A DNA stretch of 63,563 nucleotides, counting the filler, from Collodictyon triciliatum (Eukaryota): NCBI GenBank assembly GCA_043381765.1. It is 11 parts of 11 records of this genome, joined end to end, with 100 filler letters (N's around TTAATTAATTAA, not from the genome) between each part and the next. Parts side by side here need not be neighbours in the genome. Positions count along the whole stretch, not along the records: positions 13,017 to 19,413 come from JBHJMP010004486.1; positions 19,514 to 25,909 come from JBHJMP010004487.1; positions 26,010 to 32,403 come from JBHJMP010004488.1; 8 more parts are not named here. The stretch is one strand, 5' to 3'. Below, in pieces: positions 12,917-28,061 of the stretch. The notes under the pieces are model-generated. The model saw only the letters and a program-made list of their open reading frames with translations. It did not search any database and was not told where the DNA came from. Within the stretch, counting starts at the first letter, position 1, and each line of letters starts with the position of its first letter. The position numbers and the translations under genes are program-made.

Positions 12917-14383
12917 NNNNNNNNNNNNNNNNNNNNNNNNNNNNNNNNNNNNNNNNNNNNTTAATTAATTAANNNNNNNNNNNNNNNNNNNNNNNNNNNN
13001 NNNNNNNNNNNNNNNNATAAAAAAGAGAGATAAAAAAGAGAGATAAAAAAGAGAGATAAAAAAGAGAGATAAAAAAGAGAGATAAAAAAGAGAGATAAAA
13101 AAGAGAGATAAAAAAAAGAGAAAAAAAGAGAAAAAAAAGAGAAAAAAAAGAGAAAAAAGAGAAAAAAAAGAGAAAAAAAAGAGAAAAAAAAGAGAAAAAA
13201 AGAGAGATAAAAAAAGAGAGAAAAAAGGCTGGGTTTGAAGGCTGAGCACTAGCTAGACTGGATGGTGTGTACGACAGCTGGTGATAATTATTGAGCGACA
13301 CTTAGGGGATTTTGGGTACTCGGGCTGCGGCTGCCGGACGATCGCTTGTTTGGCCGCCGCACAAAAACCCGAAAGTGCCGCGCCGATTCTGTGATCACAA
13401 AAGACTTTGGAATGACGCTTTCACGGCGGCACCATTCGCGGCTTTGTGGCGCATGCAGGACTCTGACGCAGCGGACAAGCGAGTTAGGAAACTGGCCACA
13501 GGCGAGATATATCTGGAATATAATAATATTTGTCGTGCGGCTCTTGTTTCATTGCTATCTACTTCATCGGCGTCTTTTTTTCTTCTTATCTTCTGTTGTC
13601 GTTGGTAATGAGAACATGAGCGGAGTCACCTCATCACATATATCCGGGCTTAAATTTGGCTCTCTTCGCGAAATATGTTTAGGAATAGAATTAGCGATGC
13701 AAGTGGATGCCTACACCAACTGAACCCTCCTCAACTCATGGAAACTGTACCAACAGAAACAGAACAATCTTTTTGGAGAAACAAATGATGGGCATGGCAT
13801 GAAAAGATGCCACCTCGAAGTTCCCATCATTAAAGGTAAATCCAAGGAATTCCATGTTGTAAGATATGGGGTTATTAATACAGGATATCCATATCGCTTT
13901 TAGGTGAAACATACATCAGTACTTATTCCTTCCACGATAGTAAAGCTCAGCCTCCCAAATAAAAAGCAGATGCACTAGCATTCGAAACAACAATATTATA
14001 TATCAACATCAAAATACCCAAAAAAGTCTATTCGTTTTGAGGGGTTTAACCTAATGAAGTACCCATAAGTGAATTTGTGTATATTTTTCTTGATTTTTCT
14101 ATTCAATCATAGTTATATAGTTATAGATACAGTGATGATTGTGTTCGTTACACAATATGTTGTAAATCTTGCATCACTAAAGGAGGTAATTTCGTGAACA
14201 TTATTGAAATAAAAATATCGATGACAAAATAGCTTTTTTTTTTTTCTAAAATGAAATACTGGCTCTATGAGCCGATGAATTGTTTTGTTATGAAAAATTT
14301 AAACATTCAGGATTTAGAGATTATATTTCAGACAAGGGCCATTCACTAGATTTGACATCAGGTGCTTTGAATCAAATAAATGA

Positions 14384-14483
<100 letters not shown>

Positions 14484-16669
14484 TGACATCAAGCAGTAGC
14501 CGCAGCACAAAAGAAAACGGCCGGGGCCAAGCCACGAAGATGTGCTCAGAATGTATGAGGTGACTTTCCGGTTTTCAACTTGATGATAGGCAAGACATGA
14601 CAGGTATGTTTTGTTGCATTATGTATGTAGCCCAAAAAATGTGCCATCCAATAGATTTAGTAAGTGTTGTGTGATTATCTGTAACAGTTATGCGTCTTGC
14701 GAAAATATAACATTCATAATCTATGTGCTTTTGAGCTGCGGTGTATAAAGTCTCTGAATCCGTCAATCTATTGCCTAAACATCGTGCTTGCACATTGAAG
14801 GAGATTTTCTTGACTAATGTTTTTTTTTTTTTTTTGTTCATTTTAATATATTGCATTCTCAACCCATCTCTATCAACATATGTCCATGTTCTTTGAATCG
14901 AATAAAGGAAAAAAAAATAAATGTCCATGTTACATAGCAGGAAGTCTCCGACTTGGACGTCCTAGGATTACAATAAGACGAAAAGATTTTCACCGAGGCT
15001 GCACATCATTTGACTTTGTGATGTACAGCGAGGCAGTTTGAGGCCCACCACCTTGCGATGATACCGAAGCTTTATCCGTTGCCGGGCCTAATCGACGCAA
15101 CCAAAAGAAAAAAGCGTGAAAAAGAAGACTATGGCTAAGAAGTGTACTTGTGAGGAAATACCAAGATAACAGGATATTGAAAGGAAAAAGGCGCATAACG
15201 CGTTGGTAATGCCTTGCCAAATTCCTCTCTTTTGCGACCTCTCGTTTTCCTTCAGACACCGCCTATTTCCAACATATTCTGGAAGCCTTCCAATGCTCTC
15301 CTACAAGTCACTTTTTTTTTGTTTGCTTCTCTTTCTGCTATTCTATTACCGTTTTCTTCTCGATCCAGGGACAAGCATCAAATGGCCCGAATAATGGACA
15401 AAAGAAAAACTGATACAAGGAAACGTCCTTTTTAACACCCTTATTTTATGTTGCCTTTCTCTCTGGCAGTATTTACAACTTCCCTCAAAACCACAGGAAT
15501 GAACAGAAGAACCCTGCCGAGTAACCCAGGCTTTGCAACGTCGTCGTTTTCTGGGAGCCTTCGGCCTGAAGCAAACACGACTGGGTTTGTAAAGTATTTC
15601 TTCTTTTTCTTTTTTAAATAATAATCTGCTGCACTTCCGAATGGTTACACTCCAAACGTTAATAAAAGAGTGCTTGTACTCCAAACAAGTCCTCTGATCT
15701 TTCGTGTCACTTTATATCTTTGGAACGCCCTTTGATATATGATATGAAACCAACCCCCTGGCCTTGTGGTTTTTAGCAAAGAAAAAAAAACTTCGAAGAA
15801 GGGGTCTCCTCTTTTTTTTATTTTTATTTTCTTTATTTCTCTATCACTTTCGAAAGCACAGATCAGATACAATTTAAATATTATGGAATCACATTAGAAT
15901 GTAGGTCATTATATTTCGCCAATTTAATTGTATCTGAATCTTATTTGTCTTTATAGAATTAAAACACCATCTACGTTTTCTACGAAACACACATCTACTG
16001 GGCTTCGCTCATATAGTTCATATAATGGTTCACGTAAAAAACCAATAACCAAGCGTTTCTATTTTAAATATCGATATAATATTCATGGATTTAGTTCCTG
16101 GCATATTTTTTTTTAATATATTCTAAGACAAAATGTAATTGAAACCTCATTTGGATTATCTTCTCCTTTGCGATCACAGAATGGGTATCTCCATCACCAT
16201 TAAACTCAAATACATACACGACACATACTCTGCCCAGTAGACTTCCTACACACACGTCTAGCATGTTGGTATTTCGAATAATAATAGCTTTTTTCTAAAA
16301 TCATGAGTCAAATCCTACGCCCATGAAGTAATCATGTTTGCTACACAAATATTCTTATCATCCTATCAATCAGAAGATATCAATTTTTTTTATGTCAATT
16401 CACTAAAAATTAACTCAAAGAGGGACTCCTACAAGATTTTCCAACTCATCCAACACTTCATCTGGTAACGTACAATTTTTTTTTTCAGTAATAGCATGTA
16501 ATCTACCATTCATAATAAAATCATAATAGTTCATTTTTTTCTAAATTAGTATACAAATAATTCACTGATTTTACGTCGTTTCTTTTCAACATCCTTTTTT
16601 GGCTTTTTCTATCCTCGGTCACTTTAAGGCCTTTCTCGCTCCCTATCGGCGGTTTATCCTGATAGGAAA

Positions 16670-19250
16670 GAGAGTTCGCTTATGGGTTCAGCCCCGTACT
16701 ATTCTGCACCACAAAAATATGAGCGAAGCCAAGTCGCTTCAATATCACAAAAACACTCTGGACAAAATCAAAAAATGGATGACTCGACTCTTGTAAAAAA
16801 GATAGAGGATGAATCGTCGTCTTTGAAGCAGAGGTTTCTTTTCCCCTTCCTCTATCCAAATATTAGATGTATCGAATCAGACAAAGGAAATAATAAAATC
16901 AAAAGTGTGGTGCTTCTATAATTTGTAAATCTGTAGCATCATAATATGTTTAGATTTTTCTGTAACATTTGTCTCTGCATCTCATATAAAACAATATGAG
17001 TGGATGATCAATGTACTTTCCCCTTAAATTTAACAGAGAACAACCAAAAAGAGTTCTATCAAGACACAGAAGTGTCATAGTTGAATCAACTCGGTAAGTC
17101 CACCAAAGAGCGCAAAAATTAATTCCCCTAGTTTTCATAAATAATTGGTTCTTGTGCTATTTATTTTTGGTACCTGAATTCTGTTGATTAATATCCTAAT
17201 AACACCACATTTAGGTCCTCGTCATCGTCGAGCTTATACCCTAATGACACAGATAATCAAGAACCTGAAAACCAATTAGTTTTCAGGTACCGAAGATTAA
17301 GGTTGTCAAAAAATGGGCTCCATTTGAGTAATATGTCCCTCAGCGTCGTCCCTGAGCAAGTATGCTAATTTTAATTTGATAAAAAAAATTTTTTTTCTAG
17401 TTAAATCATCACGTGGTTCTTACCGTACTAACACAAAAGACTGCATCATTTTATACCCTACGATGCTTTTTTTTTTTGTTTTGTTAAAATATTTAATTTC
17501 AGAAACAATGACGAGAGTAAGTGTATGGAGGGCGCAAAATTAAGGATTATTTTTCGATGGCAGGTTCTCAAGATGGTAAGCTTGGAAGAATTGGACTTAT
17601 CCAAGAACAAGCTCTCTGCAATACCAACATCTTTTCAGCTTCTAACCAGAGTAGAGTTCCTTGACCTAAGGTATGGCCTCATCTTGTCTCTTGGCAGATA
17701 AATTACATCAATACCGGTAGACTTTAGACTTGTCAGCAAATCCTGAGAACAATTTGAATCATCCTCCCAATATCTTTCATATCTTGCATAGTGTTATTTC
17801 TCTCTCCCTAAATAACCCAAAACGCGATTTGTTTGATTCTACAGCGATAATAGCTTTGTGAAGATGCCCCAGGTTATCATCGAGATGATTAGTCTAGTCA
17901 GTTTAAATATGTCATCAAATCATCTTTCGAGCATTCCACCAGAAATAAGTCATCTAGGGAACCTAGGTAAACCAGATACCATCAGATTCTGCTATGCTGC
18001 ATTCAATTATCTAGCCAACTTATCACCAATGCGTACAAATCAATTTAGTTGAGTTCATCGCCGCAGAAAACTACATACATGAAATTCCATACATAGTGCC
18101 ATTTTCACCAAAGTTGAAGCTGCTTGACTTGACAAAGAATTGTATATCTATGGTATATTTCATACCCCAACATACTATCTTCTCCGAAAATAGGTTTGGA
18201 ATTTAGCATCATGGTGATTTTAATTCATCTATTTCTTTTTAATTCCAGATACCGCCATCGATAAGATTGCTCTCCGATTTATATGTAATTTCAATCACTC
18301 TGTTTATCAAAATTTGAAACACTACCTTTTCGGATAAGAAGTTCAAGCTAGATTTTGTATGTATTCGCAGTTCAAATATCCATTAACTAAAATTCAACCG
18401 TAGGAATTATCTTTAAGTAGCAATCAGCTATCTGTTCTCCCAGATACACTTGGATTCATGAACACACTAGTTTCTTTAGACTTGAGCTGTAATAAATTAT
18501 CATGTCTACCAGAATCGATTTCAGGCCTCGTTAACTTGGCTCATGTAAGCTAGTATTTGTGAATGATCAACGTTGGTGCACTTGACATACGTAATTCCAT
18601 AATGGGTTTATGTTACTTACTATCGGTTGTGAATAATTTATGCATAATTAATGATTAACTTTTCTTTACAGCTATGTCTGGACCAAAATATGATCTTTTC
18701 TTTGAGCAATTCTATGGGTCAAATGTCAAGTCTATCAGTTTTGGATATTCAGGCATTATTTGATTTAGTTTTTCCAAAAACTTTAATTTTTTTTTTTTGT
18801 CGGAGAGAAAAATATTTGCGATGTCTTATTAATTGCATTTCCATTTTTTTTTAATAGAATAATCCTATCGAGTACCCACCACAGGATATAATACAGAAGG
18901 ACGCAAAAGAAATTTGCAAATTCCTTTCACAGAAGATGATATCGATAGAAACAGGGGATGAGAGGTACATTTGTATTTAGCCTTTTTAAATGAAATTCCG
19001 ACGACATTACCGCAACAGGATTATAACTTTTGGTGGTCGCATACCAATTTTAGGATTTAAACACTATTTTCTTTGCTATTTGTTATTTCTCAATCCATTT
19101 TCCTGTGGTTTTGAAGTGACCATGGTTTGTGGCAAGAAAAACTCTCTGACCGAGATAGGTACATACGCCGGCTCAGCTTAGTATTGGACAGATCCTCAGC
19201 TATTCACATTTCAAAAATCGAGACCCTGGAGTCGCTTCTACGCCATGTAA
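16670..19250 (+). CDS. Leucine-rich repeat protein, multi-exon (5' and 3' ends uncertain)
   Basis: Successive exons: LEELDLSKNKLSAIPTSFQLL, LVSLNMSSNHLSSIPPEISHL, LKLLDLTKNCI, LSLSSNQLSVLPDTLGFMNTLVSLDLSCNKLSCLPESISGL, LCLDQNMIFSL, and a capping NNPIEYPPQDII. Confidence 0.85.
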
Positions 19251-19724
19251 TATCCTAAAATAAGTCAATATGACGAAGATAAATCAACGCCATCTAGCCA
19301 AAACAATCAAAAACCAATCAAAACAATCAAAACAATCAAAACAATCAAAACAATCAAAACAATCAAAACAATCAAAACAATCAAAACAATCAAAACAATC
19401 AAAACAATCAAAANNNNNNNNNNNNNNNNNNNNNNNNNNNNNNNNNNNNNNNNNNNNTTAATTAATTAANNNNNNNNNNNNNNNNNNNNNNNNNNNNNNN
19501 NNNNNNNNNNNNNTCACTCACTCACTCACTCACTCACTCACTCACTCACTCACTCACTCACTCACTCACTCACTCACTCACTCACTCACTCACTCACTCA
19601 CTCACTCACAATCATAATTGTGCTTTCTTTTATAATTTTCCATCACTTTCTACTTTTTCATACCCACGCATTTCTTACTTAAAACTAAAAAAAATTCTTT
19701 TTTCAGTTTTCTAGGATTACACAA

Positions 19725-22700
19725 ATGGGTCCCGAAATCCAGTCCTCATCAAGCAACAGCATGCATATTAAAACATATGTCCAGACTAAAAGACCTGATA
19801 GGCATATGCTAATGCGCTTCAAGAAATCAGAACCGTCCACCACAGATGATACCTCTCAACACGAAAAGTCTTGTGTTTCTTCCAGTGCCACAGGCGCTGA
19901 TCATTCTAAAGATTTAAACGAAAATGAAGATGAAGGCAAGAAACAGTTTTGGAGAGCCTTTTATTCTGATGGTCAAAAAGAGGATGGATTGCCTGCTCCT
20001 GATATCGACTATAAAACAATGAGGTAAATTATGATATTTGCAAATTTTAATACCCTTATGAATTTTACTATGTTTTCAGCGCATCTAAAATTGTATAATT
20101 TGCTCAGATTTCGGAATGATCACCTGGAAGAAGACTATATAATCTACACCGCAAAGCTGTATTCCATTCTGGCAATCTTCTTCAGTTTATCAATGCCCCT
20201 CTACGGGTCGCTCAACATACCCTACCAGTAGAGAAAATTCATTACAATAAGCGCGAGGATTTATGTGTGGCTTTTATATAATCATCTTGTTTTCATTCAT
20301 TAGATTTAACCTTGGAAACGAGGAGGCTGCTTTTGTATATGTTTTTTTCTCAAGAAGCGGAATAACTTTTTTCTTATTATTTACGAGAAATTTGAGAAAA
20401 ATGAATAGCTCGAACGATGGGATAAATGACATTTCTAGGTAAAATTTAAGCTGTCCCCTATATCTAACTTTTAATATTGGTTGTTATTGAATAATTTCGA
20501 ATAAACATATTTCATACTTAGGCGCTACTTCATAACACATTCAGTATTATTCTTTTGCACTTTGACACTATGCTTGTTGGTTCTACTGACCTGTGATAAG
20601 GATAGATCTTTATCTGAAATTGCTGCTATTGTAATGGTATTATTTCTGACTTAGTTTTTTTTGTTTTTATCAAAATGACCGATTAAACTTTCGCATTAAG
20701 CCTTTTTTTAATAATTTTTCTCTAGAAATTAAATAATATTTTATTTTACAATTGGATATAGTCACTCTTAATTATTAATGATTCGCCATGCCTTTGAATT
20801 CGAAACGGATACTTATTTATAAATATATTCAGATTTTCAACACTGCTATACCTGGTCATTATAAGCACCAATACTTATTGACCGTTTACGGAAACCTTAC
20901 ATCCTTTTTCATATTAATTTCATTTAATGTGGAAACAAATGGTATATTTCGTTGTATGACTACCATAAGCTTGAACTCTGTCTGCAGCATTTTAAGTCTA
21001 AGGCAGCTAGAAGTGCAAAGAAGAATATTGGAATACATTTGAAAACATCTTAATTCTTTTTATTAGCACAATTTTTTAAGTATTCAGCTGCAATAATGAA
21101 AAACATTCAAATATTCATAGCTCTCTTGTAGGTCATTTTATTCATTCCAAAAAACACACTTGGTTAGAGATAGACTTCTAAAGTACCGAGAAAAGTCTCA
21201 TTTTTTGCTTTCAAATCTATATCCAACGTAAGGCAACATAATATGAAAAAAATATATACACGAGCAAAATAAATGTGCATGTTTAACGGTTATCTTAATA
21301 TCAATAGACCTCTGATCAGACGTTTAATATCAGAGCGAGACAGCAATGAGGTTATTTACGAGTCAAAAAGTTGCTTTGTCTTTTATTTTGAAGTGAAATC
21401 AAGAAATTTGAAAAACATAAACCCAAGACAGCTATGGGTTGAAGTCGAACAGAAAATGGGGTTTGTGATTTTGTGATTGTATAATCTAGAGGTAATACTA
21501 ATTTTTATTTACATATTTTCAAGGTTCATCCTGACAGAAATCAAGAGGTAATTTAATATAAATTTCGGATTCAATAATACATTCTAAAATGTTGATATCA
21601 TAGAAACAATATCCACAGAGTAAACTGCACAGGTATGACTTAATTGGAAAGATATTTGAAAGTCTAATTTTCTGCACGTATCTTTGAATCGAACAAAAGA
21701 AAAAATAATTTCTGTATTTATATATACTGCATTACTAAATTTTAATTTTTGGAACACTTTGGATCTGAATCAGGTTTACGAATCGAGGTTTTTTTTCCAT
21801 CATTAATGGCACATGACTTTTTGCATTTTTATCAACGCATTCAAATTGTTTTCCATATAGTGTGTTTCTGGTTTGTTTGGGGATTCCCCTGTAAATCCAA
21901 TGTCTCTATGTATGAATTTGCTTGAGCAGTGTTCAAAAATTCCATCAAAATTGGTAATTTTCTTTCTTGCTATAACACGCCTGATTTCATTGTGCTTATA
22001 GAGCCACTAACTTATCTTCTTTTATGTTACTTTTTTATGAGGCTCTGTTAAATTTTACATAAACATGAAAATCTTGCTTCAAACTAACAAAATTATGTAT
22101 TCAATTAGACGTGTCTGAAAATTGGCATCGGTTTCGGAAGTATTAGCGGATCACTGATACTTATCCCTCAAAATACATTTATCATTTTCGGGCAGGGTTT
22201 GTCTGTCAATTGAGAATTTCTTAGGACTAGTGAACTGAATCAAAATATTTCACAGGATTAAATGATGCCTTAATTTGTCTATCAAACGCTTCTGCTGAAG
22301 AGATATGTGTCCATGAAAAAGTGAAAGAATATTGGCTGAAACAGGAAATAAATGAGGCGGTGTGTTCTAATATCGATTAATTATAATAAAACCTTATTTA
22401 TATTAAACGATGCTGTGTATTAATTATAATTTGAACTATACTTCAGCCACACTTGGTTATATTTACGCCAGTCAGAGATTCTTTGATAAACGAACAAATC
22501 TTCATCGTGAAACGGTTCCAACCAATAGCCTCAGAAACTTCCGTGGCAAATCAAAAGAACTGCTTTTTCATCGAAAATGTACCCCCTAAATATGACAAAG
22601 ATTTTGGCACTAATGAAATAAGAATGAGCACGGTAAATAAATTTTTATTTCAGTGGTATTTATACATACTGCATAATTTTTCATGCAATAAAATACTGCA

Positions 22701-25048
22701 AATTTAGGAAAATAGTGGTGATTATGACCCTTTTTTGAAAACTTGGAAAGAAAACAAAATGAAGGCGCTATCAGGAGACTTTCGATTCTCCGACAAAAGT
22801 ATTGAAATAGAATTTCAAGAAAGCTTAGATACAAATAATACAAGGAAAACTATTCTGTAAGTAACATTTCATTTTGAATAGTTATCATCCATAAGTAATT
22901 AATTTTCGTCTATAGGACTCAATTGATATCTTTGACCACCGGATGCTTTCTGTATGGACTTGTCGATTTGAGTCTGTTTCATGAAAAATACATCGACATG
23001 GAATTTCTTGCACATTTCTTCATCCTTTGTCGCTATTATACTGTTGTTCCAGCGATGATGTGCGCTTGTCTTGCTTTGTACTTGAGTATTGACGAATTAC
23101 ATACGAGTAGAAGAAATATGATCAGAAAGATTCCATATATATTCGGAGCTTTCTACGGGCTCTATATCGTGGGAAGATTGTATCGTGTTTATAGTGACCC
23201 AACCCTCATTCAGTATCACAATTTCGATCAAAACATGTATTTTTTTGCAGAAATATATGAGGTTTCATTTTATTACATATCTGTTTCATGGGTTCTTCCC
23301 ATAGAAGCGACTATACAAACTGTTATATGGATTACTTGCTCTACCTACAGCTTTGTGATGTATCAAAGAATCATGAAGTAATGCATCGATTTTGAAAATT
23401 TACCAACAGTTTTTTTCCATCATTTCACTTTATGCTTAATTCGAGTGCTGGAACTGATGATTATTTTAATACGTGTAGGCTTGACTTGGGCATTACCACC
23501 CTTCGGATTACTATATTCACTGTCTTAACCTTGCAGACCCTTCAAATTCTTAGTTCCTTACGTGATTACACCTTTCGAAAAGAGTATTTATCTAAAAGGA
23601 TGCTCCAGGAGGTAAAATGAAGATATTTTCCCCTTTATTCGATTCAAGGGAAGCGTTATTTTATGGGTAAAGTGAACGAATGAATTTGGGAAATCAGAAA
23701 CCGTCAACCATTCTTTTAAAACATAACTTTACCTGGATTACAGGCTTCCAAGGAAATGGAAATTCAGAAGAAACGCATTGAAGAGCTTTTACTAGAGACT
23801 TTATCGCATGATCTTTTCGAGTCTCTAAAGGAGAACCAGTTATCAAGCACACAGAGATATGATAGTAATATCATCTTGGTTCTTGATTTTCAATGTTATA
23901 GCACCATCAAGCCGCGCAAGATGGCAGGTTGAATTTTCCTGTTTTATGTTTATGACTTTTCGATTGCTGATTTCTTATGATAACGGGATATAGAGTTTCT
24001 GAAAAAGATAGAGGAGCTGGGTCGTTGCTTTGAATTGAGGATGTGGAAGGCAACCGGACATAATATTATTGTGATTATTCAATACAATACCATAAGTGTA
24101 TCATTTGTTCGATATGGCCTCATTATTATTAAAATCGTATTCAATCTCACACAGATGATACCTAATACATCGAGTGGCATCTGCGAAAGATCAAGACTTG
24201 CTGCAGCCAAAAACTTGGTCACGTTTGGATTTCAGGTGCGATTATAGACCTTCATAATTCATCCTATTCAAAAGAAAAAATACTTTTGTCAGTTTCATTT
24301 CGAATCAAATAAAAGGCTTTCAACGTGTATTCTCAATGTTTCGAACAAGAATTCGAGAATGGAAGAGGAATGCCTATTTCCATCGCTATTGACTATGGAG
24401 AAGTGATTTCTGGAATTATTGGTTTCTTTTCTAAAAAATAATATTTTAATTGGAGATAAACCTGATGAAGATGACTTGTGTGATGTGCTTAAGGCTAATA
24501 TACTTTAATCAAATAGGCAGCGGTCATTTTCAATTCGATTGTTTTGGAGAAGCAGGTTCATTTTTCATCAGCAATCTTGGTTCTTTTATGTTTCATTATC
24601 AACCATTTTTTTTAAAAAAAAAAAAACACTTTGTGAGCAGTCAAGGTCGCAAACTGTCCAAAGGTTCACATAAGATTTTATTTGTAGTCGAGACAGCGCT
24701 ATTGATGTCAGAGCAAAGATTGCACAAGCACATTCTGGTATATTCGTTATCGACGTGCATATGAAAGAGAAGACATCAAGCACGTTCCAGCCATTATTTG
24801 TAGTTGACTTGCCCTGTTTCCATTAGATTACGGATGCTGTTCGTCGACTGATAGTGGATGTGCCCTTCATCAAGGTCTCTCCCGCTAAAAAACTGAAGCT
24901 GAGCAGCGGCGAAGCTGTCTGTGTATTTGCTGTGGCGTGTGGTTATGACATTTGGCGGACGTTTATCAGCAACATCGACTGGATTGACCACGCAGACCTT
25001 CAGAAGGAGGATGAACGCTTCTTTGACATCGAGGAGATCCGCATCTGA
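19725..25048 (+). CDS. Membrane-bound class III nucleotidyl cyclase-like protein (TM block-C1-TM block-C2), degenerate; 3' end uncertain
   Basis: Two hydrophobic exon clusters (~20110-21020, ~22920-23560), each followed by a cyclase-like domain. C1: LKIGIGFGSISGSLI..FIIFGQGLNDA..EEICVHE. C2: IEELLLETL..RYDSNIILVLDFQCYS..FSIAIDYGEVISGIIG..FQFDCFGEAVETA..HILV. Confidence 0.75.
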
Positions 25049-25361
25049 ACGCCAAGCCTTCCTCAAAGCACGCAAAACAGATGATTCCTTCATAAAGCAA
25101 AAGTAAAGCACATGGAGCTGAACCGCATGGACTCTGGTCTCACAACAACCCCTCACCATAGACAGCTGCCAGTGCACAGCAGGGAAGAAAGAGTGAAGAG
25201 GTAGCGAAGAAAGAAGAAGAAAGAGAGGCGAGAAAGAGGGAAAGAAAGAGGGAAAGAAGGAATACAGAAAGAGTATAGAAAAAGAAGGGATTCACAAGCA
25301 CAACACATCTGCGCTCGGCCATAAACTGGAGGCTGCACTTTCGTCACGCTTTGGAATCCGC

Positions 25362-25712
25362 GTGGACCATACAGAGTCAGGCCAGCGCCGGATCTTTTCT
25401 GAGGGACCGATCGAAGCCGGCCGCATTGTCCTGAAGAGTCGGGCGTTTGTGCGTCGGGTCAGTCGGGGCTGGAGCGAAGTGCAGTGCTGGAACTGCAGCT
25501 TTGCTGCCGGGAAGCTTGTGTGCACCCGCTGCCGGTTTGGGCGCTACTGTTCGGCCTCCTGCCAGCAGCTCCATTGGAAACACATTCACAAGGCCACATG
25601 CCGCTTTCTGCCCGAGTGGTATGCGTCCATGGCTGCTTTCCCCGATGCTGTCCTGGACGACGTGGAGACGGTTTTGTGGGTACGACTTTTGGATTTGGTA
25701 GCAAAAAAATAT
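25362..25712 (+). CDS. SMYD-type (split SET + MYND zinc finger) protein, partial
   Basis: GQRRIFSEGPIEAGRIVLKSRAFV (SET N-terminal strand-like), then CWNC..LVCTRCRFGRYCSASCQQLHWKHIHKATC (zf-MYND). Start codon not resolved; truncated by the contig end. Confidence 0.75.
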
Positions 25713-26222
25713 GTAGTCGGCTTGCGTTCTCGTTGGCCATGCTATTTTTTCATACATTTACTTATTTATTGATTTATTGTATCTGTATCTGTATCTTATT
25801 TGTATCTTATTTGTATCTTATTTGTATCTTATTTGTATCTTATTTGTATCTTATTTGTATCTTATTTGTATCTTATTTGTATCTTATTTGTATCTTATTT
25901 GTATCTTATNNNNNNNNNNNNNNNNNNNNNNNNNNNNNNNNNNNNNNNNNNNNTTAATTAATTAANNNNNNNNNNNNNNNNNNNNNNNNNNNNNNNNNNN
26001 NNNNNNNNNTATGTTTTATTTTATGTTTTATTTTATGTTTTATTTTATGTTTTATTTTATGTTTTATTTTATGTTTTATTTTATGTTTTATTTTATGTTT
26101 TATTTTATTTTCATCCTACTTTGAGTTTCTCTCTCAACCCAAAGGATTTCACGCCATCATAAATATAATCCGTTATATGGAATCGACCACTTAAACGGAA
26201 CACATTTTCAATAATAATAGTA

Positions 26223-26268
<46 letters not shown>

Positions 26269-26292
26269 TTTGAACGTGGTTACGTGTAACAG

Positions 26293-28021
26293 CTTCTAAG
26301 GGAATTACGCCACGAAAACATTGTCCAACTTCTCGAAGTTATTTCCAATCCAATTCACACAGAAGCCCTCAGTCTCGTCTTCGAGTATGCGGATTTAGAC
26401 TTGGATGTAACTTATGACAATTTTCAAACCTCGACTCAAAACGAATTTATGCAATTATTAAAGACACACAGCTATGCAAAACAAAAGAACAAGAAGAATA
26501 AGATATCATAATATCTTATTGTTATGGTTCCTTATACATAAGTGCACACTACCAACCTTTATACATCAGCTTGAATGCTAATACTTCCCTTTAATGAATA
26601 GAAAGTAATCAAAAAGCACCGTGATGAATGTCGCACGCCCATTCCAAATATTATCGTCCAAATGTTTATTCACCAACTCCTCCAGGGGATGATGTACCTA
26701 CACTCCAATTGGGTCATGCATCGTGATTTGAAGCCATGCAACATATTTCTAATGTCCAGCGGTGTCATCAAAATCGGCGATTTTGGCCTTGCCCGTCGTG
26801 TTTATACTCCATTAAGGCCTTTGGCTCAAGATGGTGTGGTTGTAACCATCTGGTACAGAGCACCGGAACTTCTCCTTGATTCAAAGCACTACACGATTGC
26901 TATTGGTAATTGATTTAATATAAACCAAATCTGCAAGCCATGAAACGCTTTTAGTGGTGAATGCATGGGACTATCTTGTGTAGATATTTGGGCTGTGGGC
27001 TGCATCTTTGGAGAATTGTACTCCCTCCAGGCCATGTTTCAAGGGGAAGACAGAGGTGTATCGGCGCAGACTGTGTTCCAAAAGGACCAAGCCAAGAAAA
27101 TTATGATGGTATTAGGAAGAATAACTCCGGAAAGATGGGGCGAGGTGGTCTACACACGATTCTTTTCAGAGCTTCAAGACATGACAGAGTATACTATCAG
27201 TATATGCCAATCAACTAGTTCAATTGTTTATCTTGTCTTCTTGTTTGTTTGTTTTTTTATTATTTTTTTGTGTATTGTTTATCTTTTTGCTTTCAATTTC
27301 TGCGAGGTGGGCTGCATCCTTCTTTATTTAATTGATTATTTTTTTTGTTGTTGTTGCTTTTGATTGAAAAATTTTATCCAAATCTTGTCCTTAGCATAAT
27401 TGCTAATAAAGTACATTTATTTAGATATAATCCCAAAGTCGAGACTCCCACCCAGGTTGACTATGAAATATCCCGGCATTTAGAGAATTCATTAATGCGG
27501 CGATTGAATCGCAAACTTTTGATTGAACAAAACGCATTGACCCTGATTCGTCGGATGCTGGACTACAACCCGAATACCAGAGTCACAGCCAATGAGGCAT
27601 TGAACACGGAATATTTCAAGCATATGCCGGACCAGAGGTAACCCAGCTGTTTCATAAATTTATGTTGACTTACATATTGGGTATATTGCCATTAGTTTGC
27701 TTTGTGGGTAAAGTGTAAAAGCAACCAAAGTCATTCGCTCTTATCAGTCAGTTCCATTCTATGATTCGAGGAAACACGTTTATAAACCAGAATACAGGGC
27801 ACACAATCCGCCAATATTTTTGTCTGAACTCATTATATCATAGAGAATTCGATACTTGGTACACCCGCACTTTCCGACAAACATCCAGCACCAGGGTAAG
27901 CCTTGTGTTTAGTCATTTACTATATTAAAAGGTAGAAAAGGATTTGTATATTTGGAAAAAATAGTAAAGAAGGCAAAGTGAAAGTGCTAAAATCGCCCGA
28001 TCTAACAAGCGTGCACAATTA

Positions 28022-28061
<40 letters not shown>

